The notes under the pieces: model-generated
Seen by the model: only the letters and a program-made list of their open reading frames with translations
Told to the model about the DNA's origin: nothing
The model's database searches: none
From: an uncultured Bacilli bacterium
GTDB taxonomy: Bacteria; Bacillota_I; Bacilli_A; RF39; UBA660
Direction of reading: 5' to 3'
NCBI GenBank assembly: GCA_934086485.1
Contig: CAKOIF010000002.1
Span: forward strand, 33,953 to 97,952
Length of the DNA stretch: 64,000 bases
Part shown: positions 58,749 through 64,000 of the stretch, piece after piece
Numbering within the stretch: the first letter of the stretch is position 1
Layout: every line of letters starts with the position of its first letter
Position numbers and translations under genes: made by a program

Positions 58749-59399
58749 ATGAAAAGAAAATTTTTAATATTGCTACTCATAGGTTTATTTTCTTTATGTG
58801 GATGCAGTGATATAAAAAATATGAATACTGATTCTTTATTAAATGAACTTGCTAATAAAACAGGTAAATATAATGAAGTTAATCGTGCTTTTAAATATTA
58901 TTTACCAAGTGGTCTTAGTATTGATAGTTATGATGATTATAATGCTGTATTTTCCTCAGCAAATTATAAATATTATTTATATGTTGATTTAATAAGTTAT
59001 TATAAAAAAGTAGAGTTTGAGTATGATGTAAATAATAAAGCATTTTATAGTAAAAAAATAGATTTTGATAATAAATCTGGATATATTGAGATTAATTTAA
59101 AAGAAAATGATAAATATTTGATTGAAATTATGTATAATTATGCTAAAATAGAAGTGATGGTAGATTATGATGATATTAATCTAGCAGTATTAAATGCTGT
59201 AACCATATTAAGAGATTTAGAATATAATGATATGACAATTGAGTCTATTGCTAGTAATAAATCTCAAAAGTTTAGTGATGAAACATACAACATTTTTAAT
59301 CCAAAAGGAAATGATAATAATTATTTAGATATTATTCAAAATGAGGATGATACAAATGCTGAAGAAAATGAAGAAATTGATACAGATTTAGTTAAATAG
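58749..59399 (+). CDS. lipoprotein, unknown function
   Basis: Lipobox LFSLCGCS after a signal peptide. Confidence 0.6.
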   Translation: MKRKFLILLLIGLFSLCGCSDIKNMNTDSLLNELANKTGKYNEVNRAFKYYLPSGLSIDSYDDYNAVFSSANYKYYLYVDLISYYKKVEFEYDVNNKAFYSKKIDFDNKSGYIEINLKENDKYLIEIMYNYAKIEVMVDYDDINLAVLNAVTILRDLEYNDMTIESIASNKSQKFSDETYNIFNPKGNDNNYLDIIQNEDDTNAEENEEIDTDLVK

Positions 59400-59411
59400 G
59401 AAGGTGAAAAT

Positions 59412-60239
59412 ATGGGATTATTTAAAAAAGTAAAAGATATTTTATTTGATGAAGAAGAATATACTGAACAAATAAAGATTACTCCAGAAATGCGAAATGA
59501 ACCTGTAAAAGAGGAAAAGAAAGAAGTTAAAGTTGAGGCCAAACCTCAAATTCCAAAAGAGGAACCAAAAGTTCAAAGTGAAAAAGAAGTATTTAAAAAT
59601 AATTCTTTCCCATTTTTAGATTTTGATGAAGAAGAGTTTGATAGTTCTAAACCAGTTATACCTAAAGAGGAGCCTGTCCAACCAGTAAGACCACAGAAAA
59701 GATATAGCAATGTTTTAGAATATGAAACTAAAAAGAAAATGCAAAAAAGGGAAAATTTTGGTAGGTATGAAAAAATAGAAAATACGGAAACTATAGAAAG
59801 GAAGAAGTTTAAACCTTCTCCGATAATATCTCCAGTATATGGAGTGCTTGATAGAGACTATAAAAAAGAAGATATTCAAAAATATGAAAGTAAAGTTGAT
59901 GTTCAAAAAGTAAGAGATAAAGCATTTGGAGAAACAAAAGAAAAACCAATTTCTAGTACAATATATGAACAAAGTGAAACAGTAACACTTTCTAAACCTA
60001 CTGAAACTGCAGAGAAAATTAAAACAATTGATGAACTTTTAGAGGATACATCTGATGTAGTAATTGATATGGATAATGATTTAGAAAATGAACTAAAGGA
60101 AGTTGAAAGTAAAGTTACTCCAAAAGATGACACAGAAATTACTAAAGAAGTACCTAAAATTGAAAAATCAGATGAAACATTAGAAAGTGATTTATTTGAT
60201 TTAATAGATTCAATGTACGATACGAAGGAGGGAGAATAA
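59412..60239 (+). CDS. Lys/Glu/Pro-rich hypothetical protein
   Basis: Amphipathic N-terminus MGLFKKVKDILF, low-complexity middle, SPIISPVYGVL motif. Confidence 0.45.
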   Translation: MGLFKKVKDILFDEEEYTEQIKITPEMRNEPVKEEKKEVKVEAKPQIPKEEPKVQSEKEVFKNNSFPFLDFDEEEFDSSKPVIPKEEPVQPVRPQKRYSNVLEYETKKKMQKRENFGRYEKIENTETIERKKFKPSPIISPVYGVLDRDYKKEDIQKYESKVDVQKVRDKAFGETKEKPISSTIYEQSETVTLSKPTETAEKIKTIDELLEDTSDVVIDMDNDLENELKEVESKVTPKDDTEITKEVPKIEKSDETLESDLFDLIDSMYDTKEGE

Positions 60240-60532
60240 TGATAGATTTTTTGAATAGTTTTCTACCAATTTTAATATACTTATTACTGATTATATTAAT
60301 TATTATAGGAATCGTTATAGGAGTAAAATTATTAAATTTTATGACTAAAGCACAAGATATCATAGATAATGTTGATAAGAAAATTAATACACTCAATCCA
60401 GTGTTTGATATAATTAATGCAGCATCATTTAAAGTAAACAGAGTATTTGATAGATTTTTGGATTTTTTTACAAGTGTATTTACAAAAATATTTTTAAAAG
60501 GAAAAGAAAGAGAGGAAGATGAAAATGAATAA
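60239..60532 (+). CDS. DUF948-like small membrane protein
   Basis: One N-terminal TM followed by a helical domain; adjacent to the YtxH-like gene, a common pairing. Confidence 0.5.
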   Translation: MIDFLNSFLPILIYLLLIILIIIGIVIGVKLLNFMTKAQDIIDNVDKKINTLNPVFDIINAASFKVNRVFDRFLDFFTSVFTKIFLKGKEREEDENE

Positions 60533-60929
60533 GAAAGGTAAATTTATTTTAGGAGCGGGTTTAGGTTTAGGACTTGGAATGCTTTTAGCACCAAAGTCTG
60601 GTAAAGAAACAAGAAAAGATTTAATGGACAAATGTAACGAACTTTTAAATAAAGTTAAAAATATGGATCCTGATGAAGTTAAAGAAAATATAACTGAAAA
60701 AGTTACTGAACTTCAAAACGAAATTAGAGCATTAGATAAAGAAAAAGCAAAGGAAATTGCAATTAAAAAAGCAACTGAAATTAAAGATAAAGCTACTGAA
60801 CTTGTAAAACTAGCTGCTGAAAAAGCAACACCTGCAGTTGAAAAAGCTGCTAAAGAAGTTAGAAATTCCGCTGCTGAAACATTAAGAAAACTTGCTGATA
60901 CAGTTGAGGATAAACCTAAGAAAAAATAG
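60519..60929 (+). CDS. YtxH-domain general-stress-type protein
   Basis: GAGLGLGLGMLLAPKSGKETRKDL is the YtxH signature; helical Lys/Glu/Ala-rich remainder. Confidence 0.7.
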   Translation: MKMNKKGKFILGAGLGLGLGMLLAPKSGKETRKDLMDKCNELLNKVKNMDPDEVKENITEKVTELQNEIRALDKEKAKEIAIKKATEIKDKATELVKLAAEKATPAVEKAAKEVRNSAAETLRKLADTVEDKPKKK

Positions 60930-61030
60930 ATACTAGTTATCTATTTTTTTATGAATTATATAATATAAAAAATCATTTAGAATATAACATTATCTAAATG
61001 ATTTTTGTTTAAAAATTTACATTATAATAT

Positions 61031-61130
61031 TTTCATCCGGAATAATTTATACTTCGTACCATCCGGGAGCGACTAACATTTCTCATTCAGAATTATTAAT
61101 AACTCGCACCACCCGAAAGCGACTGACATT
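61031..61130. repeat. two tandem 50-nt relatively GC-rich repeats
   Basis: Unit 1 (61031-61080) and unit 2 (61081-61130) share ...CG(T/C)ACCA(T/C)CCG(G/A)(G/A)AGCGACT(A/G)ACATT. Confidence 0.75.
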
Positions 61131-61147
61131 TTCTTAATAATAAATTA

Positions 61148-61960
61148 TTATCTAAAATATATGAATATGAATGCTGCAAGTAAAAGACAATAAATTGAAA
61201 AGTAAATTAGTTTCCCTTTTTTAACGGTATTAGAAAGCCATTCATAAGAAAATAATGTTATTACTAAAGCAATTACCATACCAATAGCATATGGAAGTAT
61301 TAAAGAGGTCACATTCGGAGCACCTAACATATCTTTAACACCAAGACCCATTGCGGCAACACTTACTGGAAAATATAACATAAATGTATATTTTAAAGCA
61401 GTTTCTCTTTTAAGTTTACATAATAGGCAAGCAACAAGTACTGTACCACTTCGACTAATGCCGGGCATTATAGTAATCATTTGAAATAAACCAATAATAA
61501 TTGCATCTTTTAAAGTAATATCTTTATCATCTTTTTCACCTTTAATATTTCTAACAATAAATAATGCTAAAGCAGTAAGTAAAAAAGCAAAACCTAATAT
61601 TTTAACACTTGTAAGTTTTTCTTCGATAAAATCTTTTAGAAAAAGTCCTGAAAGTCCAACAGGAATTGTACTGATTATAATATATAATGCATATTTAAAA
61701 CCATATTTTGTTTTATCTCTACTATCTTTATTAAAAATATAAGTAAAAAAATCTTTAATAAGTTTTATAACATCTTTTCTAAATATAAAAAGAATTGCTA
61801 AAAATGAACCAAAATTACAAATTATTTCAAAATTTAGATCCGAGGCCATATTTGTATTAAAAATACTTTTAAATAAATACATATGTCCTGAGGAAGATAT
61901 TGGAAGTGGTTCAGTTAATCCTTGTATTATAGCCACGATTATATATTTTATTAAACTCAT
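61148..61960 (-). CDS. uppP: undecaprenyl-diphosphate phosphatase
   Basis: GLTEPLPISSSGH and PGISRSG motifs; 8-TM protein of 270 aa. Confidence 0.9.
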   Translation of the reverse strand: MSLIKYIIVAIIQGLTEPLPISSSGHMYLFKSIFNTNMASDLNFEIICNFGSFLAILFIFRKDVIKLIKDFFTYIFNKDSRDKTKYGFKYALYIIISTIPVGLSGLFLKDFIEEKLTSVKILGFAFLLTALALFIVRNIKGEKDDKDITLKDAIIIGLFQMITIMPGISRSGTVLVACLLCKLKRETALKYTFMLYFPVSVAAMGLGVKDMLGAPNVTSLILPYAIGMVIALVITLFSYEWLSNTVKKGKLIYFSIYCLLLAAFIFIYFR

Positions 61961-62016
61961 ATTATCACCAATAAAATTATATAATATTTTTCTAAATTTA
62001 TAAATATAAATATACT

Positions 62017-62217
62017 ATGAAGTTAATATTTTTATATATACTTGGAATTATTTTAATAGTTTGTGGTTTATTCTTTATAATAATTAATTTAAATTTGTTA
62101 GTTTTAGGGTATAGTTTTGCATATTTTGTATACTTTATTATTAGTAATTTATTTTGTAATATTTTTTTTATTGGCATTTTAATTCTTATTTTAGTTTATG
62201 AAAGGGGAAAAATATGA
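62017..62217 (+). CDS. small 2-TM membrane protein
   Basis: 66-aa hydrophobic ORF overlapping the next gene start; no RBS verified. Confidence 0.35.
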   Translation: MKLIFLYILGIILIVCGLFFIIINLNLLVLGYSFAYFVYFIISNLFCNIFFIGILILILVYERGKI

Positions 62218-62798
62218 TTATAAACAACATAACATTTAATTTTTTAGATAAATACTATCCATTTTATGAATGGCTTGCTGAGGATAAACTTATTACTAAA
62301 AAATGTTATGTATATAAGGTATCTTCGAATGTTTTAAGTGATTTAATTGAATATAATATAATTCTTGATAAATCTTTTTTAAAGGATGTACCATTAGTTT
62401 TTTGTGATGATTATACCGCTATAGGAGTCCAGTTTAATAATAATGGGGAAAGCACATATAAAAGTAGTTTGTTATTAACTGATGAAGAAAAAATATTAAA
62501 TTATACAAAGTTTATGAAAAAGGGAAATATTAATTATAAAAAAAAAAATATGCAAATTAATGGTGAAGTACTTCGTAATGAGGAAAACATAAAAAATAAA
62601 ATATTATATGAAGTAGATAAATTAATTAAAAATAATGATATAGAAAAATTTAAATTTATTTATTATGAATGGTTTAATAAAGATGAAAAAAATATCGAGT
62701 CTATGAAAAAAAATATAACTAAAAAATTAAATGGACCTATATCTGATTCTGAAAAAAAAGTTTATGATTTAATAAAACTTTGTTATAAAACTGTATAA
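62214..62798 (+). CDS. hypothetical protein (contains A11 tract)
   Basis: 194-aa ORF translationally coupled to the previous one; no domain recognised. Confidence 0.45.
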   Translation: MIINNITFNFLDKYYPFYEWLAEDKLITKKCYVYKVSSNVLSDLIEYNIILDKSFLKDVPLVFCDDYTAIGVQFNNNGESTYKSSLLLTDEEKILNYTKFMKKGNINYKKKNMQINGEVLRNEENIKNKILYEVDKLIKNNDIEKFKFIYYEWFNKDEKNIESMKKNITKKLNGPISDSEKKVYDLIKLCYKTV

Positions 62799-62826
62799 TT
62801 TTTAAAAAATTACCAATAATAAGAAT

Positions 62827-63369
62827 ATGAAAAAGATAAAATGTTTATTAGTATTATTAGTTATATCATTATTTTTAACAGGTTGTGGAAAAAGTGCTAC
62901 TGATTCTGTAAAAAAATATTTAGATAATTATAAGAATTTAGATGATAAAGTATTAGTCGATATGAAAAATGTTATTGATAAAGAAAATTTAAACGAGGAA
63001 AATTCTAAAAAATATGAGGATATTTTAAAAAAACAATATACAGATCTTTCTTATGAAATAACAAATGAAGATTATAATGGTGATGAAGCCACAATTACTG
63101 TTAAAGTAAATGTTTATGATTTATATAAAGCTCAAAAAGACGCAACAACTTATTTAGCGGAAAATCCTAATGAGTTTAAGGATGAAGATGGAAAATATGA
63201 TGCAGAAAAATTTATTACATATAAACTTGATAAAATGAAAGAAACAAATGAAAAAACAAGCTATACAATTGATTTTTATGTAGTAAATACCTCAGATGGT
63301 TGGACAGTAAGTAGTTTATCAAATTCAGATATTGAAAAGTTACATGGAATTTATGATTATGAGTCATAA
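62827..63369 (+). CDS. lipoprotein, unknown function
   Basis: Lipobox LFLTGCGK after a signal peptide. Confidence 0.6.
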   Translation: MKKIKCLLVLLVISLFLTGCGKSATDSVKKYLDNYKNLDDKVLVDMKNVIDKENLNEENSKKYEDILKKQYTDLSYEITNEDYNGDEATITVKVNVYDLYKAQKDATTYLAENPNEFKDEDGKYDAEKFITYKLDKMKETNEKTSYTIDFYVVNTSDGWTVSSLSNSDIEKLHGIYDYES

Positions 63370-63437
63370 ATTTTTTTTGAAAATCACTTTACTATTTTGA
63401 CTTTTTCCTCTATAATTATAATAGGAAGGGTGAGACT

Positions 63438-63752
63438 ATGGAAAGTAAGAAAATAGTTCCAATTGTAGTTGCAATAGTTATTTTACTTATAGGATTATTT
63501 ATTTTTGCAAAAAGAAATAAGAAAGAGGAAGGTTATACAGCACTTAATGTTACTTATAAAAATGAAACAAAAGAATATAAGAATATTAGTGTTGGTTTAA
63601 AACTTGAAAATCTTGATGCTGAAATTATCGCTACTGAAGGTAATAAAGTTGTTATAAGATTAATTGATGGAAGCGATAAAGAAATAAAACTTAATGAAGA
63701 GCAAAAGATTTGTAAAGCTGAAAATGACTGTGGTCTTGTTACATTAAAATAG
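63438..63752 (+). CDS. small membrane-anchored protein
   Basis: GGAAGGGTGAG RBS; N-terminal TM then a ~70-aa domain with a Cys pair. Confidence 0.45.
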   Translation: MESKKIVPIVVAIVILLIGLFIFAKRNKKEEGYTALNVTYKNETKEYKNISVGLKLENLDAEIIATEGNKVVIRLIDGSDKEIKLNEEQKICKAENDCGLVTLK

Positions 63753-63758
63753 GTGAGT

Positions 63759-64000
63759 TATGAGTCCAGTTATAAAAAGTGTAATATGTGTTGTATGTGC
63801 GGTCTTTTTTGTCATAATTAATACAATAATATTATTTTTAAAACCAGAATTTGTTTTTGCAAAAAATGATGATGATAATTATAATGTATTTTATCAAAAA
63901 TGGATTGGTACAGTTGTTTTTATGGCTACAATAACAATAGCATTATTTTGTATTTACTTTTCGATATCTTTTAAGTTAATAATTAGTTATAGTTTACTTA
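63759..64000 (+). CDS. membrane protein, 5' part (runs off window)
   Basis: ATG 63759 behind GGTGAG; hydrophobic helices; open to the window end. Confidence 0.4.

Overview
Strongly AT-rich, standard-code chromosomal window from a low-GC Firmicute. It is probably a spore-former, since cwlJ-like and cse60-like genes are present. All calls come from reading the sequence and ORF translations by eye; no searches were run. Order of content: (1) 1-4598 is the right-hand end of a mobile element carrying a TnpX/TndX-type large serine recombinase. The element has split an Amidase_3/LysM cell-wall hydrolase gene, whose 3' fragment begins at 4599. (2) Core genes follow: an N-domain-less clpB behind a CIRCE operator, then cwlJ. 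(3) About 470 nt of structured, relatively GC-rich non-coding sequence has its own strong promoter and lies directly upstream of a 4-TM DxxxD membrane protein. I read this as an OLE-like RNA with oapA. A tRNA-Trp is next to it. (4) An accessory stretch holds two paralogous surface proteins, a frameshifted DHH phosphoesterase and a pentapeptide-repeat protein. (5) A 12.5-kb Gram-positive type IV secretion cluster (13931-26467) has pilin-like 2-TM proteins, VirB6-like, VirB3/PrgI-like, a two-ORF VirB4, an HExxH protein, a CwlT-like hydrolase and a VirD4-like coupling protein. No relaxase or integrase is visible. (6) Envelope and stress genes: L,D-transpeptidase, TetR plus ABC-2 exporter, HtrA with a two-component system, glycolipid genes, and a sigma/anti-sigma pair whose sigma gene has an in-frame stop. 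(7) A tRNA-Gly-adjacent islet holds a KilA-N gene and a nuclease-like gene, each preceded by the same ~170-nt leader. (8) A lipid-acylation cluster, a degenerate MurE-like gene, mraY, femAB, a GH31 hydrolase, T-box-controlled leuS, rluA-like, cse60, trmB, uppP and small envelope proteins. Several intergenic tandem-repeat arrays (3x33, 3x32, 2x50 nt) and duplicated palindromic operators are not explained by the genes.
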